In this document: in pieces, positions 19,703 to 27,459 of the stretch
How the letters are laid out: each line of letters starts with the position of its first letter
Numbering within the stretch: position 1 is the stretch's first letter
NCBI GenBank assembly: GCA_016699045.1
Contig: CP064957.1
Coordinates: forward strand, 409,784-473,783
From: a bacterium
Lineage (GTDB): Bacteria > Babelota > Babeliae > Babelales > RVW-14
Length of the DNA: 64,000 bases
Direction of reading: 5' to 3'
Program-made: the position numbers and the translations under genes
Notes under the pieces: model-generated
The model's database searches: none
What the model was told of the DNA's origin: nothing
The model's input: only the letters and a program-made list of their open reading frames with translations

Positions 19703-20238
19703 ACCGTAAGATCTTGTTCAGATTTCAATTGGTACGCTTCATGCATCAATGAAGTAATCATTACCAAAAAACCAAACATAAAAATATTGAGCAGATCGTC
19801 ATGGCCAAACGTTATCGCAAGCACTCGATTACCCGACGAGTTGGTTGCGGTAGCCACCAACGTGCTCAAGGTTTTGCTGAGTGGTGAGTACACAGCCCAA
19901 CACAGCAATATTTTACTGATACGCTTAAAAAGTATGGTGGTGTGCAATGAAAAAAATTCGCCCCGCTGAAACAAACGCAAGCTTTTGGTAAACAACACAA
20001 TCCCGTAGCACAAAAGACCAAGGCCAACACCATCAATCATGATGCCAAAAAATCTAAAAATTAAAGGCAGCTCTACTGCTTCAAAATCGTATGCCAAACG
20101 AAGATAAAAATTACAAAAATTTCCGTCCATCGGAATTTTGCAAAAGAACCATTTCAATAAAAGAAAGCAGAAAGCCAGTGGCACCAAAGCCATACTTAAT
20201 AATTCGAGCCGACGAGCATAACGTTTAACGTTATTCAT
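19699..20238 (-). CDS. DUF2975-like integral membrane protein
   Basis: 179 aa, 4-5 hydrophobic helices, immediately upstream of the YozG-like HTH gene. This is the gene pairing I recall as typical for DUF2975. Confidence 0.45.
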   Translation of the reverse strand: MNNVKRYARRLELLSMALVPLAFCFLLLKWFFCKIPMDGNFCNFYLRLAYDFEAVELPLIFRFFGIMIDGVGLGLLCYGIVLFTKSLRLFQRGEFFSLHTTILFKRISKILLCWAVYSPLSKTLSTLVATATNSSGNRVLAITFGHDDLLNIFMFGFLVMITSLMHEAYQLKSEQDLTV

Positions 20239-20323
20239 AGAAAATTCCCTTCAGAAAAAGGTTGTTGATTTGTTTTACTCCGCTCAAATATTATCAGTTA
20301 AAATATCGAATATCAATAAGAAT

Positions 20324-20340
20324 TTATCGAATTTCGATAA
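20324..20340. promoter_or_regulatory. Candidate operator palindrome upstream of the DUF2975/HTH operon
   Basis: ttatcgaa-t-ttcgataa is a perfect 8+8 inverted repeat (20324..20340). A half-site-like atatcgaatat lies at 20303..20313. About 85 nt upstream of the start at 20238. Confidence 0.3.
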
Positions 20341-20516
20341 TTTTTTAATATAAAAAACAATTACAGAACATCAAACAAAAATTATTAAAAAAATTATTTT
20401 TCGACTAAATCGCAAACTATTGACTCGAATCAACAAAAAGACTAAAAATACTTGAAGCACGATCATACGATCATCTGAGGATATGCTTTATTGATTATTT
20501 AAAGAAAGGTATCCAC

Positions 20517-21464
20517 ATGCTTCTTATCGTTCCATTCTTTTTTATTGCCTTTCTCAGTATGCCACAGCTGCATTGCGCCGCCAACAAAGCAGAAAAGCCA
20601 GAAGATGGTAAAATAGCCATTCTGCACAACTTAAAAATTATTACCTATTTTTATAACCAATATGACAGACAAGAATCGCTTTTTAATGTAATTGTAACAA
20701 TCAAACAATTTATGACAGACGAAGAAATGTCGTCAGCACTATTTCCAAAACTGGGGCTGGGACCTAGCTTTCGGCAACAAGAAATTGACGAACTTGATAC
20801 ATTAGCATCCTTTCAACTGGATGGAGAAAAAAATCTTACTCCCCAAGAAACACCATCTTTTATTCAAGCTCTTACTATTCTCAAAGGAAGATTTTATTGC
20901 ATAAACAGTGATCTTTCAGAATTAGGAACAATGAACCGTGGCGATCGAGCATGGACGCAAAGCGTAATCAACCAAATTATAGAGAACATTAATAATGTTC
21001 TTCAGAGTTACCAGTACACCAGCAAATATAAAAATGCTATCATTGAAAGCATAAAAACTTTGTGGAGATTTCATACATACGCTCAGTCACATCCAACATT
21101 GCTTAAGTTGTTTCAGCAAATCAATTATTTCATTCGTTGCATAGCAACACCTTTAGAGCTCCTGCCACGGTTAGGCTTAGGACCAAATTTTACCAGTCAA
21201 GAAATAGACCTGCCGATCACTACGCCATTTGAAACTGATAATCAGGCATATACCAGCTTGATCAAGCAACTTAGAATCATCAAAAGAAATTTCTTACTCC
21301 TACAAAAAAAAGTCCGTTCATCAAAACATTATCTTTTGGCAGAGCAACAAAAAGATATCGAAAACCATATCGAAAATATACTAACATCAGTGAGCGAGAT
21401 TCTTACTCAAAATGACCTAGCAATACTGAATGTACAATTGAGCAGCATGAACTTTAATTATTAG
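20517..21464 (+). CDS. Hypothetical secreted protein, two-module member of a local paralog family
   Basis: Signal peptide MLLIVPFFFIAFLSMPQLHCAA. Two internal modules each contain LFPKLGLGPSFRQQEIDELD / LLPRLGLGPNFTSQEIDLP and ALTILKGRFYCI / LRIIKRNFLLLQKKV. Confidence 0.55.
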   Translation: MLLIVPFFFIAFLSMPQLHCAANKAEKPEDGKIAILHNLKIITYFYNQYDRQESLFNVIVTIKQFMTDEEMSSALFPKLGLGPSFRQQEIDELDTLASFQLDGEKNLTPQETPSFIQALTILKGRFYCINSDLSELGTMNRGDRAWTQSVINQIIENINNVLQSYQYTSKYKNAIIESIKTLWRFHTYAQSHPTLLKLFQQINYFIRCIATPLELLPRLGLGPNFTSQEIDLPITTPFETDNQAYTSLIKQLRIIKRNFLLLQKKVRSSKHYLLAEQQKDIENHIENILTSVSEILTQNDLAILNVQLSSMNFNY

Positions 21465-21550
21465 CAAGAACGCCACTCGAATTGAATAAATATTTTCAAA
21501 GTTTATAATCATAATCTGAAATCCTAACAATACCAACCCTCACCAAACTA

Positions 21551-22141
21551 TTGATAGAAAGACAACAGATGAATCGCATGATTTATATTTTATTGATCGC
21601 ATTTTTCAGCATAAAAACTCTTGTTGGAGCGGCAACAGAAACACATCAAAAAAAAGATTTTAAGACTACCATCTCGCTCAGCATGAAAACTATTCGCGAT
21701 TTTGATTTAAATTGCCTTCCTAAGACCACAAATAAAATAATGGACTTATTTGTCAAAATTCAACTGTTTATTGAAGAAGCAGATATTCACGGAAACAAAA
21801 AGTTATTTAAAAAGCTCAACATGGGGACAAGTTTTTCCCAAGAAGATTTGGACGATATAGATCTCCTCCCTCAACAATTTGAAAAGGACGTTACTCCAAA
21901 AAACAAAGAAAGTTTTTTGTATTTCATTAAAGCAATAAAAATTATCAAAAATAATTTCCATCTTTTACAAAAAAATATATCTCTAGCAGATTTTTTATCC
22001 TCTACAGAAAAAGAATGGCTCAACGATCAGATTGCAGAAATTATAGGTTTAGCAGGCACCATCCTCTACGGGGCTGAATTAGGGCGGAGAGTAGCAATAA
22101 TAAAGCTCAGATCCCAACAACAAAGTTTCCCTGCATCATGA
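21551..22141 (+). CDS. Hypothetical secreted protein, single-module paralog of 20517..21464
   Basis: Contains LFKKLNMGTSFSQEDLDDIDLLP and AIKIIKNNFHLLQKNI. Signal peptide at the internal start MNRMIYILLIAFFSIKTLVGAA (21569). The stop overlaps the mvaD start (ATGA). Confidence 0.55.
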   Translation: MIERQQMNRMIYILLIAFFSIKTLVGAATETHQKKDFKTTISLSMKTIRDFDLNCLPKTTNKIMDLFVKIQLFIEEADIHGNKKLFKKLNMGTSFSQEDLDDIDLLPQQFEKDVTPKNKESFLYFIKAIKIIKNNFHLLQKNISLADFLSSTEKEWLNDQIAEIIGLAGTILYGAELGRRVAIIKLRSQQQSFPAS

Positions 22142-23112
22142 AAAAGAACACCGTGTCTGTAACGACCACCGCCAACATCGCTCTCATAAAATATTGGGGC
22201 AAGCGCGACGAACGGCTCATGCTGCCAGCCAAAAGTAGTCTTTCTGTGGGACTTTCAGCACTCACAACGACAACAGAATTTGAAACAGCAGAGCACGACA
22301 AGATCGTAACAACAGAGCACCACCAATCAAATTTTGAAAAAAAAATTATGAACTTTGTCAACGAGTTACGCCGTGATTACGGTATTACCCAACCAATCAA
22401 AATCACCACACACAATCACTTTCCAACGGCAGCCGGCCTTGCTAGCAGCGCGAGTGGCTTTGCAGCTCTTACACTCGGTTTGAATAAATTATTTGATCTC
22501 AAACTCGGCAAGCAAGAACTTTCTCAACGCGCACGCTTGGGCTCAGGCTCTGCCGCTCGCTCAGTCCTTGGTGGCTTTGTTGTGTGGCATAAAGGCACTC
22601 TTGCAAACGGAAACAATTGCTTTGCCGAACAATTGTACGATGCCAACCATTGGCCAACATTACGCATTTTGGTGGTAGTCGTTGATGCATCAATAAAAAA
22701 AATGAGTTCACGAGACGGCATGCGCTTAACCGTTACCACCAGCCCATCATTTAACACCTGGTGCACAGAATCTGAAAAACGCATCAGTGCCATGCACCAA
22801 GCGATTGCAAAACGCGATTTAGAACAGGTCGGGATGTTAGCAGAAGCTGACTGGCACGGAATGTATAAGTCCATGCGCGATACACAACCACCACTCGAGT
22901 ATCTTTCAGGCGCATCGTGGGTAGTTATTAAAACGGTCCAGCGGCTGCGCGCTGCCGGCATACTCTGCTACTTTACCACCGACGCCGGCCCCAATGTTAA
23001 AATTTTGTGTGAAGAACGCGATGCGGCAATTATCGAACAAACACTCATGGCATTAAACGAAGTAAACAACATTATCCGTAATCGCATTGCATGTGAGCCA
23101 ATAATCACATGA
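22138..23112 (+). CDS. mvaD: Diphosphomevalonate decarboxylase
   Basis: TTTANIALIKYWGKRDERLMLPAKSSLSV and the GHMP motif PTAAGLASSASGFAAL, about 324 aa. Confidence 0.9.
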   Translation: MKKNTVSVTTTANIALIKYWGKRDERLMLPAKSSLSVGLSALTTTTEFETAEHDKIVTTEHHQSNFEKKIMNFVNELRRDYGITQPIKITTHNHFPTAAGLASSASGFAALTLGLNKLFDLKLGKQELSQRARLGSGSAARSVLGGFVVWHKGTLANGNNCFAEQLYDANHWPTLRILVVVVDASIKKMSSRDGMRLTVTTSPSFNTWCTESEKRISAMHQAIAKRDLEQVGMLAEADWHGMYKSMRDTQPPLEYLSGASWVVIKTVQRLRAAGILCYFTTDAGPNVKILCEERDAAIIEQTLMALNEVNNIIRNRIACEPIIT

Positions 23113-24185
23113 TTACCATTCACACGCCCGGCAAACTGATGCTCGCGGGCGAATGGAGCGTTCTTGAACCAGATAATCGCTGCATCGTTCTTCCTATCAA
23201 TCGTTTTGCAATCTGTCAGATTCAAGAAGCAACAGAATCAACACTATCAGCACCAACGCTGGGCATTGCCAATGCAATAATTACGTACGAAAATTATGCA
23301 TACAAAATTGCATCGAACGACTCACAACTTTTTATGGCACAAGCGGTACTCAACACCACATTGCGTTTTTTAAACGAACACAAGGTCACACTCAAAAAAT
23401 TTAATCTCACCATCAATACCGACCAATTTTTTTATCATCAACAAAAACTCGGCTTTGGCAGCAGTGCTGCCGTGTGCGTTGGCATAACACGCGCGTTACT
23501 TACGTTGCATCAATTTATTGCAGACGATCTTACTATTTTCAAACTAGCAACGCTGGCACATTATCACGCACAAAAAAAAATCGGCAGCGGGTTTGATATC
23601 GCTGCGTCAACGTACGCCCAGCCACTCAGCTACCAGCGCTTTGATGCCGCATGGCTTGCCACACAAAGAACCGATTCGATTAAAAAAATTATAGAACAAC
23701 CATGGCCAGGGCTGATCATCAAGCCAATCACACTGCCGCAAAAGTTTCATATGTGCGTCGGCTTCACCGGCGTAAGCGCTTCAACAACCACCCTTGCGCA
23801 GCGCATTTTACATTTTAAAAATGAGCATACCGAACAATACCAAAACTGGTGCACGACAACCAACAAAATTATTCTTGAACTAGAAACAGCTCTTGAAAAT
23901 AATAAACAACAAACAATTATTGATTTAATTAATCAACAACAAAAATCACTGCGAAATTTGTCAGATTTGTCTGACGCACAAATTGACATTCCCGTCATGA
24001 GTTCGCTTATTGCCGCGGCGCAAAAGCACGGCACTGGTGCCAAATTTTCTGGCGCTGGTGGAGGCGACTGCGTGATTGCAATCTGCTTTGAAAATAACCG
24101 CGAAAAAAACATCAATCACGAGTGGGCGGCAATGGGTATTAAAATTATCAACACGGTAATTTTGAACCCTATGAAAAAAAATTAA
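23109..24185 (+). CDS. mvaK2: Phosphomevalonate kinase (ERG8/MvaK2 type)
   Basis: HTPGKLMLAGEWSVLEP, GHMP motif KLGFGSSAAVCVG, C-terminal KFSGAGGGDCVIA. ATGA overlap with mvaD. Confidence 0.85.
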   Translation: MITIHTPGKLMLAGEWSVLEPDNRCIVLPINRFAICQIQEATESTLSAPTLGIANAIITYENYAYKIASNDSQLFMAQAVLNTTLRFLNEHKVTLKKFNLTINTDQFFYHQQKLGFGSSAAVCVGITRALLTLHQFIADDLTIFKLATLAHYHAQKKIGSGFDIAASTYAQPLSYQRFDAAWLATQRTDSIKKIIEQPWPGLIIKPITLPQKFHMCVGFTGVSASTTTLAQRILHFKNEHTEQYQNWCTTTNKIILELETALENNKQQTIIDLINQQQKSLRNLSDLSDAQIDIPVMSSLIAAAQKHGTGAKFSGAGGGDCVIAICFENNREKNINHEWAAMGIKIINTVILNPMKKN

Positions 24186-24240
24186 ATCTCTCTTAAAAAG
24201 TATCTACATTTACTTGACCAGAGCAGTTTTTTGTATCTTT

Positions 24241-24360
24241 CCGTTCGTGCTGAGCCTGTCGAAGCATCTGAACGGGCTCTTTTTTGTCTGTCTGAAAAGC
24301 CGAGAAGAATCGAAGCCCACTTCTATCCCGCCATACTTCGACAAGCTCAGCACGAGCGGG
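24241..24360. repeat. Pair of inverted extragenic hairpin elements (locus 1)
   Basis: Unit A is ccgttcgtgctgagcctgtcgaagcatctgaacgg (24241..24275). Unit B, inverted, is cccgccatacttcgacaagctcagcacgagcggg (24327..24360). The cores are complementary at 22/24 positions and both differences are transitions. Confidence 0.6.
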
Positions 24361-24594
24361 ATCATGATGCAAAAACAGAAAAATGTATGCAATCTTTTGG
24401 AATATACAAGTGTGGCCATCGACGGTGAGTAAAGGGTCAATCATTTAATTTACAAAAATCATAATGATCGAAAGAGCGTTATATAAACAGAAAACGTACC
24501 CCTACTTTTCTAAATAATATTCTTGGTGTAGCATAAAGAACGCTTGCTAGCCACCTGCCCTTATTTAATGTAATAATCAAACAAGGAGTTTTTC

Positions 24595-25344
24595 ATGTCA
24601 TTATTTTTCTATTGCCTCGTTATCGTCATTTTTGGCGTGGGGGTACTTTTTTACGTTCGCAGCACACAAGAAACATCAATACAGAAAACAACCACACGCG
24701 CACTGCGCACGTTTGGCGATCTCAAATATCCGTTTTCACTGCCAGCACTGCTGTATACTTACAATGCTCTTGAGCCACACATCGACGAAGCAACCATGAA
24801 TATTCATCACACCAAACATCATCAAGCGTACATCAACAGCTTGAATGAATGCCTTGAAAAACATCCAGAATTTCAAAGCAAGTCACTCGTTGATTTAATT
24901 GCTCACACCAAAACATTACCAGAAAGTTTACTCAAGGTCGTTGAAAATCATGGTGGTGGACATGCCAATCATTCAATGTTTTGGCTGATTATGTCACCAC
25001 AAGGCGGCGGACAACCTGAAGGCAAATTAGCACAAGCAATTGATAAGACATTTGGTTCTTTTGAAAATTTTAAGAAATTGTTTATTGAAGCAGCAAAAAC
25101 ACGTTTTGGCAGCGGTTGGGCATGGTTATGTGTTGATAGCGATAATAATTTGGTGATCACATCAACCGCCAATCAAGACAATCCCATGATGGATGGATTA
25201 ATCCCTGTTCTTGGCTTGGACATATGGGAACATGCGTATTATTTAAAATACCAAAACAAACGCATTGATTATGTTAACACGTGGTGGAATGTAATCAACT
25301 GGCCTGTGGTTGCTGAGTATTTTGCAAAGGCATGCTCAAAGTAA
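24595..25344 (+). CDS. Fe/Mn superoxide dismutase with N-terminal membrane anchor/signal extension
   Basis: FSLPALLYTYNALEPHIDEATMNIHHTKHHQAYINSLN and DIWEHAYYLKYQNKR are SOD core motifs. A ~45-aa extension contains the hydrophobic helix FFYCLVIVIFGVGVLFYV. Confidence 0.9.
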   Translation: MSLFFYCLVIVIFGVGVLFYVRSTQETSIQKTTTRALRTFGDLKYPFSLPALLYTYNALEPHIDEATMNIHHTKHHQAYINSLNECLEKHPEFQSKSLVDLIAHTKTLPESLLKVVENHGGGHANHSMFWLIMSPQGGGQPEGKLAQAIDKTFGSFENFKKLFIEAAKTRFGSGWAWLCVDSDNNLVITSTANQDNPMMDGLIPVLGLDIWEHAYYLKYQNKRIDYVNTWWNVINWPVVAEYFAKACSK

Positions 25345-26242
25345 CCGGCATCACAAAAAAATTTTGCGCTTGTAAAGCAGTAGCGACTTCGTGTTGCTGC
25401 TGCTTATTTTTTGTCAACGCAACAAGCGCCCCGCCAGCACCAGCTCCCGTCACTTTAACACTCAGCGCGCCGGCAGTAAGAGTCTTTTTGATAATAGCTT
25501 CAAGGTCCGCATTTGAAACACCAAGCTCTTTCAATAACTCATGATTCATGGTCATGCACATGCTCAATGCCGTAAGATTGCCTTGCTCAACAGCTTGCAC
25601 ACCCAACGAAAAAAGTTTCTCATAATCAGCACACAAGCGAGCAAAACATTCAGACCGCCTAGCACGATAACGTTGAACTGCAACCACTGCACCACTCGTT
25701 TGACTACGCATGCCACTGTCAATCACAACAAAGTGCAGGTCTGCTCGTGATCCAAAAAAATGTAGGTCTTTGCCTTTTTCAAAAATAAAAAAGCCACCAA
25801 ACGTTGCTGCCGTGTTATCAATCCCACTCGGGTTGCCGTGCGCTATTTTCTCAGCCTGCAAAGCAGCCATACTGATAGCATTATCATCAAGATTGAGATT
25901 ACATGTTTTGTTGATAGCTCGCGCAGTTGCCACCGCAGCTGCCGCACTGGAACCGGTACCGCCCGACATTACCACTAAATCGCCCGACAACGTAACTTCA
26001 AGCGATTGCGTGATGCCCAAAAAATTGATTATCGCTGATAAAAAATGATTCAGTTTTTCAGCCGAACATTTCAATGAATTATCAGCAAAACAACGCTGGT
26101 CAACAACGCGCGACGGACCACTAATAATTTTTGCAACCGCATGGGTTTGCTGCGGCAATGCAAATACAAGAGCTGGCAAGCCATACACAACAAAATGCTC
26201 ACCAAACAAAATTATTTTACCGTATCCACCCACATTACTCAT
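25295..26242 (-). CDS. mvk: Mevalonate kinase
   Basis: GKIILFGEHFVVYG, GHMP motif SGGTGSSAAAAVATARA, KVTGAGAGGALVAL. The 3' end overlaps the SOD gene by 50 nt (convergent). Confidence 0.9.
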   Translation of the reverse strand: MSNVGGYGKIILFGEHFVVYGLPALVFALPQQTHAVAKIISGPSRVVDQRCFADNSLKCSAEKLNHFLSAIINFLGITQSLEVTLSGDLVVMSGGTGSSAAAAVATARAINKTCNLNLDDNAISMAALQAEKIAHGNPSGIDNTAATFGGFFIFEKGKDLHFFGSRADLHFVVIDSGMRSQTSGAVVAVQRYRARRSECFARLCADYEKLFSLGVQAVEQGNLTALSMCMTMNHELLKELGVSNADLEAIIKKTLTAGALSVKVTGAGAGGALVALTKNKQQQHEVATALQAQNFFVMPVTLSMPLQNTQQPQAS

Positions 26243-26643
26243 GCGCGATGCTCCGGCACAAATTTAAGACCGTAATGAATGATGCCATTCAGTCCAGAAA
26301 CATAATATTTGCGCAGAGCTGCTCTTAAAGGCATACCAATGATCAGCTCTTCAAAATCAACATCAGCCAATTGCGTCATAATACGCGGACCATCTGCTAG
26401 TTGAACGAAACCAACACAGTACGGCTCATACATTTTATGCTCACGCGGCGCATGCATGACCTGCGTAAACGACAAGAGCGTCGCACAATGACTCAACTCA
26501 ACCGGCTTAAATTCCGTGCTTGCACACGTGCATAAATATTTTTTTGGATAAAATTTTTGATAACACACAGCACATTGCACCCCCATCAAGCGATATCGTT
26601 GAGGATACAAGCGCCAATCGATAATCGGACTATCGCTAAACAT
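26239..26643 (-). CDS. DUF35 Zn-ribbon/OB-fold protein (archaeal thiolase/HMG-CoA synthase scaffold type)
   Basis: RYRLMGVQCAVCYQKFYPKKYLCTCAST (rubredoxin-like ribbon) followed by the OB-fold segment PYCVGFVQLADGPRIMTQLADVDFEELIIGMPLRAALRKYY...IIHYGLKFVP. 4-nt overlap with mvk. Confidence 0.8.
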   Translation of the reverse strand: MFSDSPIIDWRLYPQRYRLMGVQCAVCYQKFYPKKYLCTCASTEFKPVELSHCATLLSFTQVMHAPREHKMYEPYCVGFVQLADGPRIMTQLADVDFEELIIGMPLRAALRKYYVSGLNGIIHYGLKFVPEHRA

Positions 26644-26701
26644 ACGCCACTCCTTATTTTTCTTGATCGATAAATATCACCAAAGTATAGGCGTATCTTT
26701 A

Positions 26702-26731
26702 TAAAAAAAAAGCCTGCGAATGCAATTCGCA
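26702..26731 (-). terminator. Rho-independent terminator downstream of ankyrin gene 26762..27265
   Basis: Stem tgcgaat / attcgca (26713..26729) with a 3-nt loop, followed on the minus strand by a run of T (complement of the A-run at 26703..26711). Confidence 0.5.
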
Positions 26732-26761
26732 AGCTCTCAATACATAACATTTCTATACAAT

Positions 26762-27265
26762 TTATTTATTACCAAAATTTTCAAGATCAGTAATCAACTC
26801 AGCAAGTTCTGCCGGCATAAGGCCTTCAAAATCTTTCTTTAAAACACTCGCCCCAGCATAAATTAGTGTTGCTTGAATTTCAACAAACTTGACTGCCACC
26901 GCAATATGCAAAGGCGTCCATCCACAACTTTTTTCTGGCTTATTAATAAAATAATGAAATTCGTCATCTGAAAGACATGCTCGCGCCCGTTTTATAAGAT
27001 TTTCTACCAATGAAAGATTTCCATCGTACACAGCACTATGAAGGATTGTAAGATCATTCTCGTTAGTTTCTAACAATAAAAAACGATCTCGTTCACGTGG
27101 CTCTAATTCGCGTCGCTCTAAAAAGGTCTGCTCAAAATTTTGCGAAAACTTTTGTATACAACCTTCAAAGTCTCCATACATTCGGCCCGTAAATTCTCGA
27201 CCAGCAAAAAGCAAACTCTGCGAACAAAGAAAAACAACTATCAATTTGACGTAAAAGTTACGCAT
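26762..27265 (-). CDS. Secreted ankyrin-repeat protein
   Basis: Signal peptide MRNFYVKLIVVFLCSQSLLFA. ANK-like repeats TILHSAVYDGNLSLVENLIKR and TPLHIAVAVKFVEIQATLIYAGASV. Confidence 0.8.
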   Translation of the reverse strand: MRNFYVKLIVVFLCSQSLLFAGREFTGRMYGDFEGCIQKFSQNFEQTFLERRELEPRERDRFLLLETNENDLTILHSAVYDGNLSLVENLIKRARACLSDDEFHYFINKPEKSCGWTPLHIAVAVKFVEIQATLIYAGASVLKKDFEGLMPAELAELITDLENFGNK

Positions 27266-27380
27266 AGAAAAATCCCTTGTTTCTTAGCTGTGTTTATAGA
27301 GTGAAGGCACATATTTTTTCCGTGCAAAAACTTTATCAAACAATGAGTTATTGTCAAACAACAAAAAATTATGGCATAAG

Positions 27381-27408
27381 AAAAGGCCGCTAAAAAAGCG
27401 GCCTTTTC
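27381..27408 (-). terminator. Hairpin terminator downstream of 27460..29256
   Basis: aaaaggccgc-taaaaaa-gcggcctttt: stem ggccgc (27385..27390) / gcggcc (27398..27403) flanked by A and T runs. Confidence 0.5.
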
Positions 27409-27459
27409 TTATTTTGCTAGCGAATTTAAAATTCACTCAAACTTAGTTAAAATTGGCGC

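Noticed and set aside
24193-24444. Four overlapping 65-83-aa ORFs on both strands between mvaK2 and the SOD gene.
   Set aside because: They are translations of the inverted hairpin repeat. They are mutually overlapping and have no RBS. The region is interpreted as a non-coding repeat.
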